NCBI GenBank assembly: GCA_035480635.1
Contig: DATIHN010000025.1
Location: 12,384-76,383 of the forward strand
Source: Candidatus Saccharimonadales bacterium
Lineage (GTDB): Bacteria; Patescibacteriota; Saccharimonadia; UBA4664; DATIHN01
DNA length: 64,000 nucleotides
Reading direction: 5' to 3'
The notes under the pieces were generated by a model that was given only the letters and a program-made list of their open reading frames with translations, made no database searches and was not told where the DNA came from. The translations under genes were made by a program, and so were the position numbers. Below, piece by piece: positions 48,824-57,769 of the stretch (its first letter is position 1; the number at the start of each line of letters is the position of its first letter).

Positions 48824-48890
48824 TTTGGAAATTTGACTGAATCGATGTTGCTTCAACTTGCTATAATTTCGCTTAAGTAAGGAACTAACT

Positions 48891-49376
48891 ATGTCCAAAA
48901 TTACACCGCACCTCTGGTTTGACGCCCAAGCTGAAGAAGCCGCCAAGTTCTACGCTTCAATTTTTCCGAATTCCAAAGTTGGCGCCGTTAGCCGGTATGG
49001 CAAAGAAGGCCAAGAGGTTCATGGTATGCCAGAGGGCACGGCCATGACGGTTGAATTTACTTTAGCAGGGCAAGACTTCCTGGCTCTAAATGGGGGACCG
49101 CACTTTAAATTTAGCGAGGCCATTTCATTTGTGGTTAGCTGCAACGACCAAGCTGAGGTCGATCATTACTGGGAGGCCCTCTCGGCCGTTCCAGAATCCG
49201 AGCAGTGTGGTTGGTGTAAGGACAAGTTCGGCTTGAGTTGGCAGATTGTGCCCAAGCAATTAGGCCAACTGATGAGCGATCCTGACCACGAAAAAGCTGG
49301 TCGCGTCATGCAGGTTATGTTAAAAATGAAGAAGTTGGTAATTAAAGAATTAGAAGACGCTGCCAATCAAGTTTAG
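48891..49376 (+). CDS. PhnB-like / 3-demethylubiquinone-9 3-methyltransferase-domain protein (VOC-related)
   Basis: ITPHLWFDAQAEEAAKFYASIF N-terminal motif characteristic of the PhnB-like family. Confidence 0.6.
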   Translation: MSKITPHLWFDAQAEEAAKFYASIFPNSKVGAVSRYGKEGQEVHGMPEGTAMTVEFTLAGQDFLALNGGPHFKFSEAISFVVSCNDQAEVDHYWEALSAVPESEQCGWCKDKFGLSWQIVPKQLGQLMSDPDHEKAGRVMQVMLKMKKLVIKELEDAANQV

Positions 49377-49398
49377 TATTAATCAAAAAGGATAAGCC

Positions 49399-49623
49399 AT
49401 GGCTGATTCAAAGGGTCCAGATATCGTAAAAATCAAAACCAGCAAAACTTATAAGGGCGGACACGCCGGCAGTGGAGCCGTCTACGGACTGGGCTTGCTT
49501 GGAGCGCTAGTCTACTACATCCAGCAATCCGACACCTTTTGGTTGCTGGTCTTGGGCATATTAAAAGCCCTAGTTTGGCCAGCTTTTCTGATTTACTATT
49601 TGCTAAAATTGGTCCGAGCCTAA
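49399..49623 (+). CDS. small 2-TM membrane protein (hypothetical)
   Basis: AAAAAGGA SD; 74 aa, two hydrophobic helices. Confidence 0.4.
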   Translation: MADSKGPDIVKIKTSKTYKGGHAGSGAVYGLGLLGALVYYIQQSDTFWLLVLGILKALVWPAFLIYYLLKLVRA

Positions 49624-49795
49624 GCTTAATCAAGCGCTCGGCGCTGGGCCTAGCAATGCTCCAAAGTTTAGTTGCAAGTTTCGGTTATTTTTTGGCAGTT
49701 GGGCGGGTGACCATGGCCCCAGTGCTGATGCTAAAATTGAGCCATACCATCGTGAGGTGGTATGGGTGTTGACCGAAAGGTCACTACCACAAGTC

Positions 49796-49828
49796 GGGAG
49801 CCCCTAAAAAGGCTCCCTCTTGTTTGTT
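49796..49828 (+). terminator. hairpin GGGAGCC-CCTAAAAA-GGCTCCC followed by T-rich tract
   Basis: 7-bp perfect stem; overlaps the -10 box of next gene. Confidence 0.4.
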
Positions 49829-49840
49829 ATAATTGGTTCA

Positions 49841-50005
49841 ATGGCTATTAAACCGATCTGTGACCGCTGTGGCAAAGAATTGACCAAGTTCGGCGCCATT
49901 TTATTTAGCCCACCGGATGATCGCAGCACCGTCAAGAAACTCCACGTCTGCGTTGACTGTTATCAAGCTATCACTAAAGACTTTATTAATCCGCCAACAA
50001 CCTAA
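49841..50005 (+). CDS. small zinc-ribbon protein (CDRCGKEL ... CVDCYQ), probably leaderless
   Basis: ATG 7 nt after TATAAT (49828-49833); 54 aa with two CxxC pairs. Confidence 0.35.
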   Translation: MAIKPICDRCGKELTKFGAILFSPPDDRSTVKKLHVCVDCYQAITKDFINPPTT

Positions 50006-50166
50006 TATTGCTATTGACAAAATAGCTAATGAATTATACCGTGTGGCTAACACCGAGGATTTGGGGAGGGTGACCGCCTGGCGGTCGCTTTGCTTTCCTT
50101 TGGTGCGCACTAAGCAAGTGAATATTCCCGAATGTGGGGCCCAACGTACTCATGGAAGGAGTACAG

Positions 50167-50844
50167 ATGTTAGTTACACCTCACGCAAGGATGCGTCGCC
50201 CTCTGGTTGTGCTGCTGGCCCTTGGCCTGCTGCTCAGCCTGACCGCCCTCGCATCCACTGCCAGTGTTCTCGTCACCCAACGACCGGCATTGGCTTCGAC
50301 ATCAGTGCGACCAATCGCAGCCGTACCCACGGTTCGAACCATGACGGTTACCAGTTGCACCGCCTCATACTGCATGCCGATCAGCGCCGTCAGCTCGGCC
50401 TGCTACTCGTGCACCCAGGACCGCTACCTGACCTACATCCACGAGCTGGGCGGACCGCTATTGCCGTGCTACTCAAAGTCAGACGGGAACTATCCCTGGG
50501 ATATAACCGATGACTTCAACCAGTGCATTTGGGGCGCGATGTGTGCAACAGCTTCAAATCACCGGGTTCGGGTCTGGAACTGCGACAAGCTCTACACGAC
50601 TTACTCAGCAATCCAGTACAACCGCAGCGTCTACGACACCTTCTACAAGTTCTACGTGGCCTATGCGGGGAGTATGGCCGCGTCCGAGTCTCAAGTCGGC
50701 TGGTGGTTGTTCCAGCAAGCCACCTGCACTCCAGTAGTGGGGGCTGTTGGCACCAGTCTCGGAGCCGAAGCGGGGGTGCTGGCCAGTTTGGCCTGCGAAA
50801 ACGGCATTACCGCGGTCGGACGCTACATCGGAGTGCCGGGATGA
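50167..50844 (+). CDS. secreted cysteine-rich protein (12 Cys), ~63% GC island
   Basis: GGAAGGAG SD; signal peptide with RMRRPLVVLLALGLLLSLTALAS (RR motif, AxA site); mature part Cys/Tyr/Trp-rich. Confidence 0.5.
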   Translation: MLVTPHARMRRPLVVLLALGLLLSLTALASTASVLVTQRPALASTSVRPIAAVPTVRTMTVTSCTASYCMPISAVSSACYSCTQDRYLTYIHELGGPLLPCYSKSDGNYPWDITDDFNQCIWGAMCATASNHRVRVWNCDKLYTTYSAIQYNRSVYDTFYKFYVAYAGSMAASESQVGWWLFQQATCTPVVGAVGTSLGAEAGVLASLACENGITAVGRYIGVPG

Positions 50845-50861
50845 GCACTCAGGAGGTGAAT

Positions 50862-51059
50862 ATGACAGTCAGGAATCCCAGTCCGGCCGCCCGGCGTTTG
50901 ATGCTGTTCTTCAGCGCCGTGCTTCTGATCTTCATGGTGGCACAAGCCATCACTACCGGCAGCCTGATGCTGTGGGCCACCATCGTGTTCGTCCTCACCG
51001 TCGGCATCCCGGTGGCGATCGTCCAGGGCCGCAAACACGACCGGCGCTACAAGAGGTGA
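50862..51059 (+). CDS. small 2-TM membrane protein immediately downstream of the Cys-rich protein
   Basis: AGGAGGTG SD-7 nt-ATG; 65 aa, two TM helices, basic C-terminus. Confidence 0.4.
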   Translation: MTVRNPSPAARRLMLFFSAVLLIFMVAQAITTGSLMLWATIVFVLTVGIPVAIVQGRKHDRRYKR

Positions 51060-51112
51060 GACATGGCGGTGGTTCTTCGGAGCCGCCGCCTTTCTCATTA
51101 ATAACTAAAAAA

Positions 51113-51135
51113 CCGGGATCACATCCCGGTTTTTT
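51113..51135. terminator. bidirectional rho-independent terminator CCGGGAT-CAC-ATCCCGG flanked by A6 / T6
   Basis: perfect 7-bp stem, 3-nt loop, AAAAAA upstream and TTTTTT downstream; sits between convergent genes. Confidence 0.6.
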
Positions 51136-51148
51136 AGTGGGTCTAAAC

Positions 51149-51541
51149 TTACGACAATTCGCCGCCGTGAACAATTAGAGCGTGCATGACGACCACGTCG
51201 ATAACAATGACGATGATCGACCAAATCGGGTAGTAGGGCACAAAAGCCAGGTTAGCCACGGCGCTAATTAGCGCGAGCAACACACCAACGGTTCTAGCCC
51301 AAACTTTACCCTGCATGACGGCAATACCAGCCGCCACAATGACGATGCCCAGGATTAGGTGAACCCAACCCCAGCGGGTAACGTCCACGTTAACCAATAC
51401 GTTTTCGGTCACCACAAAGAATGCATCTTTGACGATAGCCGTTAACCCAACGAATGCCTGAAACAAGCCGACCAATACCATCATGAACGATGCAAAGGCG
51501 ACCCAACCGACCCAAGATTCGGAGTCGTTTCTACTTGCCAT
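51149..51541 (-). CDS. hypothetical 4-TM membrane protein
   Basis: 130 aa, hydrophobic, GGAGG SD on minus strand. Confidence 0.5.
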   Translation of the reverse strand: MASRNDSESWVGWVAFASFMMVLVGLFQAFVGLTAIVKDAFFVVTENVLVNVDVTRWGWVHLILGIVIVAAGIAVMQGKVWARTVGVLLALISAVANLAFVPYYPIWSIIVIVIDVVVMHALIVHGGELS

Positions 51542-51621
51542 AAAACCTCCTAATATTAATTCAACTTCACTATAAGCCTAGGCCAAGCAATTCTCAAGCC
51601 TTATGTTTAATTAGCCCAAGA

Positions 51622-52008
51622 CTAGTCGCGGTTGTCTTTGGTCTGCCGGCGCGCGTATTGTCGAGTCACAACTCGGCCTAGGATGATTCTTGCCAGCACT
51701 AAGAATATGGTAATGCCGACAAAAACATAAAAAGTTGTAAAGATTTTACCAGCCGCCGTTTTGGGCACAAAATCGCCATAACCAACCGTGGCTAGTGTAA
51801 TGATCGTAAAGTAATAGGCGTTCAACCAACTAAAATGCTCAACTAGGTGATAAAAAATCACGCCGCCAGTAATAAAAGCGAGGGCCACCAGGGCGACTCG
51901 ACTGTAAACCACGCTTTCTTTAATTTGATCAATACTAGGGATTTTGGGCTTTGGCTCTTCCATAGTGGTATTGTAGCGTGCTTGGAGTTGAGGCGCCATC
52001 GCGCCCAC
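51622..52008 (-). CDS. minimal two-TM potassium channel (TVGYGD selectivity filter)
   Basis: FTIITLATVGYGDFVP pore-helix/filter motif. Confidence 0.7.
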   Translation of the reverse strand: MGAMAPQLQARYNTTMEEPKPKIPSIDQIKESVVYSRVALVALAFITGGVIFYHLVEHFSWLNAYYFTIITLATVGYGDFVPKTAAGKIFTTFYVFVGITIFLVLARIILGRVVTRQYARRQTKDNRD

Positions 52009-52045
52009 GCTTTATAGTCAGCCGGCTTGGCGTTATTCTTAGAAG

Positions 52046-52501
52046 ATGCTCATGAAAATAACTAGCCCAGCTTTTTTGAACAACAGCCCCATACCAGAAG
52101 AATTTACCTGCAAGGGCCCAAACGCCAGTCCGCCTTTACAGATTGAAGGCGTCCCAGCTGGAGCGCTTGAGCTAGCCCTAGTGGTCGAGGATCCCGACGC
52201 CCCTGGTCGGATTTGGCAGCACTGGCTAGTCTGGAATATTGATCCAACTACCACCGAAATTATCGCTGGAGCCAAACCAACAGGGGCCGTCGAGGGAATA
52301 ACGGATTTTGGCAGCCCCGGCTACGGTGGGCCTTGCCCACCCAGTGGCACCCATCGCTACCACTTTAAACTGTTTGCTCTGGATGCGCCCTTGCTTTTAG
52401 CTGCTTCGGCTGGTCGAGCTGAGTTGAACCAAGCCATGGCCGGACACATTCTGGCTGAGGCTGATTTAGTCGGACTATTTGGCCATAATCAAAAAGCCTA
52501 A
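52046..52501 (+). CDS. YbhB/YbcL-family PEBP (Raf-kinase-inhibitor-like) protein
   Basis: DPDAP...HW...GYGGPCPP.G.HRY.F.L.ALD conserved PEBP motifs. Confidence 0.75.
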   Translation: MLMKITSPAFLNNSPIPEEFTCKGPNASPPLQIEGVPAGALELALVVEDPDAPGRIWQHWLVWNIDPTTTEIIAGAKPTGAVEGITDFGSPGYGGPCPPSGTHRYHFKLFALDAPLLLAASAGRAELNQAMAGHILAEADLVGLFGHNQKA

Positions 52502-52520
52502 CCAAAACCTAATTTTCTAA

Positions 52521-53126
52521 ATGCCAGTTGACTCCAATCACAATCCAGAACCTAGAGTAAAGCGCCGAATTACGGTTTTGGTCTTGGCTTTGATAACTCT
52601 TGGTCTAGGCGCTGGTTGGCAAGCTTCCAAGAACCCCGGGCCGGTCAGATCAATCGAGACTACCGTAGCGCAAAATCAGCCCGGGTTGTATCAGGTTACT
52701 CGCATTGATGATGGCGACACCATCGTCGTAAACCAGGGCGGCACCTCTGAAACGGTGCGTTTGATCGGCATTGATACGCCTGAAGTTAAAGATCCGCGCA
52801 AACCAGTTCAATGTTATGGACCTCAAGCTTCAGACGAAACCAAACATTTGTTAAGTGGACAGCGCGTTCGACTCGAGCCCGATCCTATCGGCGATAACCG
52901 CGATAAGTATCACCGCCTGTTGCGTTATGTTTATTTGCCGGACGGTACGTTCATAAATCAACTCTTGATTAGCCGCGGCTTTGCTTTTGTCTACACAATT
53001 TTTCCGTTTCAAAAACTAGACGATTTTAAAGCTGCTCAAACTCAGGCCCGCCAGTCCCAATTGGGTTTGTGGTCGGCCTGCCGAGTTGATGAATCGAGCG
53101 ATATTTTGCAAACCAATCCGCTTTGA
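52521..53126 (+). CDS. membrane-anchored thermonuclease (SNase-like)
   Basis: N-terminal TM; DGDT...RLIGIDTPE ... Y.R.L.YV SNase catalytic pattern. Confidence 0.8.
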   Translation: MPVDSNHNPEPRVKRRITVLVLALITLGLGAGWQASKNPGPVRSIETTVAQNQPGLYQVTRIDDGDTIVVNQGGTSETVRLIGIDTPEVKDPRKPVQCYGPQASDETKHLLSGQRVRLEPDPIGDNRDKYHRLLRYVYLPDGTFINQLLISRGFAFVYTIFPFQKLDDFKAAQTQARQSQLGLWSACRVDESSDILQTNPL

Positions 53127-53136
53127 TCGTTAAGTT

Positions 53137-53532
53137 CTAAGCGGTTGGGTCGGGTCCGTTTTCGGGCCGGCCGATGCGAGCGGTGATAATAACTTGGCGC
53201 AGTTCGCCGCGATCGTCTTTAATTTGGGTGGCACTAGTTTCGTTGTAGTAGGAGACCAAGTGGTGGCTGAGGATCTCGCCCAAATCTTTGAGCTTAAACT
53301 TTAGTTCATCCAGATCGGCAGAGAGTTTTTGATAATCCTTATCAGCTCGCAATATTTCTTTAGCCTTGGTCCTTTTAGTCACCAGGTCTTTAATTTCGTC
53401 CTCTAATTCCAAATAATCGTCGTTGCCCTCGGCAATGTCACTCAATTGGTCTTTGAGTGTTTTGGCCTCGATTTTGGCCTCTGTGATTTCGCCCATTAGG
53501 CGGTGTATTGCATCAAGTGTTGATTCGTCCAT
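53137..53532 (-). CDS. acidic coiled-coil protein (hypothetical)
   Basis: 131 aa, heptad-like charged repeats. Confidence 0.45.
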   Translation of the reverse strand: MDESTLDAIHRLMGEITEAKIEAKTLKDQLSDIAEGNDDYLELEDEIKDLVTKRTKAKEILRADKDYQKLSADLDELKFKLKDLGEILSHHLVSYYNETSATQIKDDRGELRQVIITARIGRPENGPDPTA

Positions 53533-54053
53533 AACCCCTCATTTTGTCATGCGTTCCAGTATAGGCAAGACAAGCCGCTGGGTAAATAGAGGAGGCCCCG
53601 TGCGTGCACGGAGGCCTGTAGTGAGATTGAAAACGGCAGGTCGAGACTTAGGAGCTGGTTCGGCTCAGCCGCACCCTGAGGTCGTCAATTTGCCGGTGGG
53701 CACTGGCATCGCGCCCGAGGCTGGCTTGGGCATTGGCGATGGCGCGAGCGTTGCTGAAAGGCAGTGAAGACAGGAAGGAGAACAAGCGGGTAGAGCGGAG
53801 TCGTTGAAACAAAATGTTTCTCCTGGTAGCGGACGGTTTTCAAACCACAAGGGGGCATTCTAGCAAAGAATGTCACTTTTGACAACTGTTAATACTAACA
53901 AACTAAGCGTCAAAATCGTTAAAGTCTTGTGACAGACTGCTTATGGTAATAGTCGCAAAAGTCGCATTGGCATAACTTCGCAAATTGGGATATTCGCCCA
54001 ATGCCTAAATCGACTAGTGATTCTATGATGCCAGTGATAGGAGGGAGCAGGTC

Positions 54054-54254
54054 ATGGAGTTAGAAGACAGGGGTCGAACCAGGCGGAGTGTTGAAGATGT
54101 CTTGGCGCGCGATGAGGATCCGATCGCCAAAGTCCAAGACATCGTGGACTTGGGTTTTGACGAGGAGGTGGCTAACGATATCGTTGAGCGCTACCAAATC
54201 GGCCAGTCTCAAGTGGTTTATTATGAGCAGCTGCCCGGGTCCAAATCAGACTAG
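54054..54254 (+). CDS. small acidic hypothetical protein
   Basis: GGAGGGAG SD before ATG; 66 aa. Confidence 0.3.
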   Translation: MELEDRGRTRRSVEDVLARDEDPIAKVQDIVDLGFDEEVANDIVERYQIGQSQVVYYEQLPGSKSD

Positions 54255-54338
54255 TGGCTGCAATCTAGACTCAAACGGACTACACTTGGGTGGTGTTTAA
54301 GTTTGGCTATTTATTAATCCAAAATATGGTCCGTTCTA

Positions 54339-55193
54339 ATGGTTGAGCGTCAGACCAATTTGCCGCTCTACCCCAAGGTTTTATGGAATCGTCCGGTTTC
54401 TAGGGCTCAGAGCGGTCGGCTTTTGATAGTTGGTGGCAGACGGGGGGCCATTGCAGTACTCCAAAGCGTCTTTCAAACCGCGGTTGCGGCTGGCATTGGC
54501 CAAATCAAAATTCTGGCTCCCGATGTTCTTAAGCCATTACTTAGCGGTGTGGCCGAAGCTAGCTTTGGCCCCTCGACTAATTCGGGATCGCTAGCTCGAT
54601 TAGGCCTGGATCTCTTAACCGAACTCGCCAGCGATGCCGATGCCGCATTGTTAGGAGCTGATCTAAGTAATAGTTCTGAAACCGCCATTCTAGCCGAACG
54701 CTTTATTGCCAGTTATCATCAAGGGCTGATACTAGTAGCCGACGCCATACCAATGATTGCGCAGTCTCCAGATGTCGTACGCCAACGCCCTCGAACTCTA
54801 TTGGTATTTACGATGCAGGAGCTCTTTAAACTGGCGGGCAAACTGGGTCTTCCGATCCACATTCGACCAGAGGCAGGACTAGCCGCCAAAGTTGAGATCG
54901 CAAGCGATTTCTGGGAGCTATCGAGGATTGATCTGGCCTTAATTGGCCCGGAAATAATTATCAGGTCCGGATCAAAGACATCGATCACGCCATTACCGCC
55001 CAAGACCAGGCTTGAACCAACCGCCGCCGCTGGGGTTTTAAGTGTTTTCTATACTCAGAACCCCAGCGCCAGTTTCGAGGGCCTAACGACTGGGGCCTTT
55101 GTGTTAGCGCAGTCTGTTGGTGAACAAGCTCAAACCACCGATCAATTAGCCGCTGCCATCATTAAAGTAGTTAATGAAGCTGATCAAAATTAG
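54339..55193 (+). CDS. hypothetical protein, weak resemblance to YjeF-C/NAD(P)HX-dehydratase (ribokinase-like) fold
   Basis: GRLLIVGGRRGAIAVLQSVFQTAVAAGIG resembles the YjeF_C glycine-rich start; assignment uncertain. Confidence 0.35.
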   Translation: MVERQTNLPLYPKVLWNRPVSRAQSGRLLIVGGRRGAIAVLQSVFQTAVAAGIGQIKILAPDVLKPLLSGVAEASFGPSTNSGSLARLGLDLLTELASDADAALLGADLSNSSETAILAERFIASYHQGLILVADAIPMIAQSPDVVRQRPRTLLVFTMQELFKLAGKLGLPIHIRPEAGLAAKVEIASDFWELSRIDLALIGPEIIIRSGSKTSITPLPPKTRLEPTAAAGVLSVFYTQNPSASFEGLTTGAFVLAQSVGEQAQTTDQLAAAIIKVVNEADQN

Positions 55194-55212
55194 GTGATAT
55201 ACTTCAACTAAG

Positions 55213-56289
55213 ATGCCTGAGCAATTCCAACCCGGTCCCGAAGAAGTTGGCGCTGATCCGATTGAGGTTACCCCAACCAAGCCTAAGGCAAGAGTAGCCG
55301 ATCACCCGATCAGCAGTTTTAATTTGAACACCAAGGGTCAAAACCCGGATTTTCCCGATTTTGATGATGAAAATGCTCCGGAACTTTTGCCGTCAACTGA
55401 ACTCCAAGCTGAGTTGGAAGACCTGAGGTTGCCCATCAACCCCGAATCTGGGCAGCATTTAGGCTACCTTGAACTCAACCGAGACGCCGCTGATCCACGG
55501 CCAGTGGTCAGTTTTTTTGAATATAGTGTCGATGCTGATCACGCCGGCTCTAAGCATTTGCTGGAGCAGTTAGCCTTACAGAGCCAGCGCCATATTTACG
55601 CCTTTGAAAACCCCAGCACTGGTGGGTCTGATAAATTAACCGCCGAACAGCACGAGGCCCTCAAAAAGGGCGATTTTGAACCCATTGCCAGATCAATTCT
55701 AGAAAATATGCAAGCAGTTGGCTTAAAAGCTGTTGATCTTAATGGTCACTCGTTGGGTGCCCGCATTGCAGGATCAGTTGCCGCTCATGCCAGCGAATAC
55801 GGGATCGTGGTCAAGAATTTGGTACTGATGGAGCCAGCTGGGCTCGATGATGCCTCAATCGGGAAACTAATCTATCGCTTGGGAGTCAAGGAAGGCTGGA
55901 ATATGATCAAATACCAAAAGCATGTTCAAGACCCAAGAGGCAAAGAAACCTTCGATACCCCAATTGATGTTGTCAAAAACTACGCTGGCATGATCCGCCG
56001 AGACACCAAGGGCAATATTTGGGCCTATCCCAAGGGCTTAGGGAAACCTACCTTAGCCACGGACTTAATTTTAGCCTTAAAGACTCAAGAGGGGATGAAG
56101 ACTCACTTGATTACTGGCGGTGCTAGTCAAATAGCCCGGCGCAAGACCGTCAACGAAACTTATACGGCGCTCTCAACCGTTTACGGCCCTCGAGTTCATA
56201 TGGTCCGCCTGCCGGGAGATACCCATATGCTCAACATGGGCGCCGCCCGACGCATGGCCTGGCACATCAGCCGTTTGATTGATAATTAG
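55213..56289 (+). CDS. alpha/beta-hydrolase (GHSLGA nucleophile elbow)
   Basis: GxSxG motif GHSLGA at ~aa 180, acidic N-terminal low-complexity region. Confidence 0.6.
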   Translation: MPEQFQPGPEEVGADPIEVTPTKPKARVADHPISSFNLNTKGQNPDFPDFDDENAPELLPSTELQAELEDLRLPINPESGQHLGYLELNRDAADPRPVVSFFEYSVDADHAGSKHLLEQLALQSQRHIYAFENPSTGGSDKLTAEQHEALKKGDFEPIARSILENMQAVGLKAVDLNGHSLGARIAGSVAAHASEYGIVVKNLVLMEPAGLDDASIGKLIYRLGVKEGWNMIKYQKHVQDPRGKETFDTPIDVVKNYAGMIRRDTKGNIWAYPKGLGKPTLATDLILALKTQEGMKTHLITGGASQIARRKTVNETYTALSTVYGPRVHMVRLPGDTHMLNMGAARRMAWHISRLIDN

Positions 56290-56354
56290 ATTTGAAAAGC
56301 CGCCCGGTTAGGGGCGGCTGGGAGGCGAACTTTGCAGTCCGGCCCTGGCTCGAA

Positions 56355-57068
56355 TTAACTCCTGACGTGTCCACAAACACCACAGACCAACTTCTGGTTG
56401 ACACGGTACATCTTCCTGTGACAGTGGCGTCGGAACGCATGCTCGACGTCAATTGTCCGATTTGGACGCTGGGCGAACTCGGCTCTGGCGTAGTTCACGA
56501 CATGAGTCGGCAGCTTTGACGGGTCCAAACCATATCTAGGCCAGAGGCTTGCATTAAACACCTCTGTTTCGATCTCCTCGAACGCCGCTAGGCTCTCGCC
56601 CCAACGCGCGACCTTAAACATCTGGGCTGTGTGAACTGATGACGCGTTATTTGGTGGATGAGACATACGGTTTTGCTCGCGTTCTCCGATAACACCAATG
56701 ACCATCGGATCATCATTACCACGGGCCTGTCGCGTCCAGATCTCGATGTCGCTGAAGACCGCGCAAGACTCGGCGAAGGCGATGTCTTCGAGCACCTCTG
56801 TCGGCACACGGTCGAAACTATAGTCGGCCCAGTGACCTTGTTTTTTGCTGTGGACACCCCTCAGAAACTGAGCCCACACCGCAGCCTCATGAGAATTCAG
56901 TCTCGGGTAGAGTTGCTCGGCCATAGCGCCCAATTCATCGGTCAGCTGGAGAGACGGGTTGAAGCCCAAACCCTCCAACAAGACTTTGCGGGCTTCCGCA
57001 GTCTCGTTGGCAGGAAGCTTGTCAACACCATCTAAGCGGTACGAGGCAGTTTCCACGTCGAACTCCAT
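56355..57068 (-). CDS. hypothetical protein with C-terminal Cys/His cluster (HCHRKMYRVNQKLVCGVCGH)
   Basis: 237 aa ORF; no recognised family. Confidence 0.45.
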   Translation of the reverse strand: MEFDVETASYRLDGVDKLPANETAEARKVLLEGLGFNPSLQLTDELGAMAEQLYPRLNSHEAAVWAQFLRGVHSKKQGHWADYSFDRVPTEVLEDIAFAESCAVFSDIEIWTRQARGNDDPMVIGVIGEREQNRMSHPPNNASSVHTAQMFKVARWGESLAAFEEIETEVFNASLWPRYGLDPSKLPTHVVNYARAEFAQRPNRTIDVEHAFRRHCHRKMYRVNQKLVCGVCGHVRS

Positions 57069-57129
57069 TGGTAGGTGCTAGTACCGCAACTATACCGCAA
57101 AGTCTATGAATGTCAATCGAGAGGATTTA

Positions 57130-57549
57130 TTATTTGAGTAATTTCAGCATTTGATTTCGTTCACCAGCACTCAAAACCAAAAAATGGTCTGGGTCCCACT
57201 CCAGTGCCCGTTCATAAACACTATCACCAGGATTACTGGGGATGACGTGGAAGTGCAGGTGATGCCGTTTGATGGTGTTCTCAGCCACTTGGGGCCGAGT
57301 CTTTTGCCAAATATCGACACCTTTAAATATAGTCAGTAGATGAGTGCTCAGCCGGGTAATTTCTTGGTAAATGGCAATTAGTTCTGCGTCATTTAGAGCC
57401 TGTGGAGGTTCAAAGTGGCGCCTGGGTATGACCAAAACGTGGCCAGGTGCTAACCTGGGGTTAGATAGAAACGAAGCCATTAAATCATTTGAGCGAATCA
57501 AACGATCAGCCTGACTGGTAAGATCACAAAATGAGCAACTAGTTTTCAT
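57130..57549 (-). CDS. HIT-family hydrolase (HxHxHxx histidine triad)
   Basis: HLHFHVIP histidine triad, CSFC N-terminal motif. Confidence 0.8.
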   Translation of the reverse strand: MKTSCSFCDLTSQADRLIRSNDLMASFLSNPRLAPGHVLVIPRRHFEPPQALNDAELIAIYQEITRLSTHLLTIFKGVDIWQKTRPQVAENTIKRHHLHFHVIPSNPGDSVYERALEWDPDHFLVLSAGERNQMLKLLK

Positions 57550-57553
57550 TTGT

Positions 57554-57640
57554 TGGTGGGCGAGGAGAGACTTGAACTCTCACGTTGTTGCCAACACCGG
57601 ATTTTGAGTCCGGCGCGTCTGCCAATTCCGCCACTCGCCC
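57554..57640 (-). tRNA. tRNA-Leu (anticodon CAA), long variable arm
   Basis: rc GGGCGAGTGGCGGAATTGGCAGACGCGCCGGACTCAAAATCCGGTGTTGGCAACAACGTGAGAGTTCAAGTCTCTCCTCGCCCACCA. Confidence 0.85.
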
Positions 57641-57769
57641 TCACGACAACTCTACTACAGCTTGCCACTTAAATTGATCAAACTATACTTTAATTGTATA
57701 ATTATGTAAACCGGCTGGTGGCTTATCCAGCCCAGCCAGACTATCATACTAACAAAGCTGACACATATT

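Noticed and set aside
49917-51059. Long alternative-frame ORFs 49917-50513(+) and 50523-51059(+)
   Set aside because: They are shifted-frame readings of the 63% GC island. Only the last 65 codons of 50523-51059 (from ATG 50862, preceded by AGGAGGTG) look genuine.
53740-53790. Possible SRP RNA domain IV (CAGGAAGGAGAACAAGC vs GGAAGGAAGCAGC)
   Set aside because: The similarity is partial and needs two insertions. No closing GNRA-tetraloop helix or symmetric-loop pairing could be drawn by eye.
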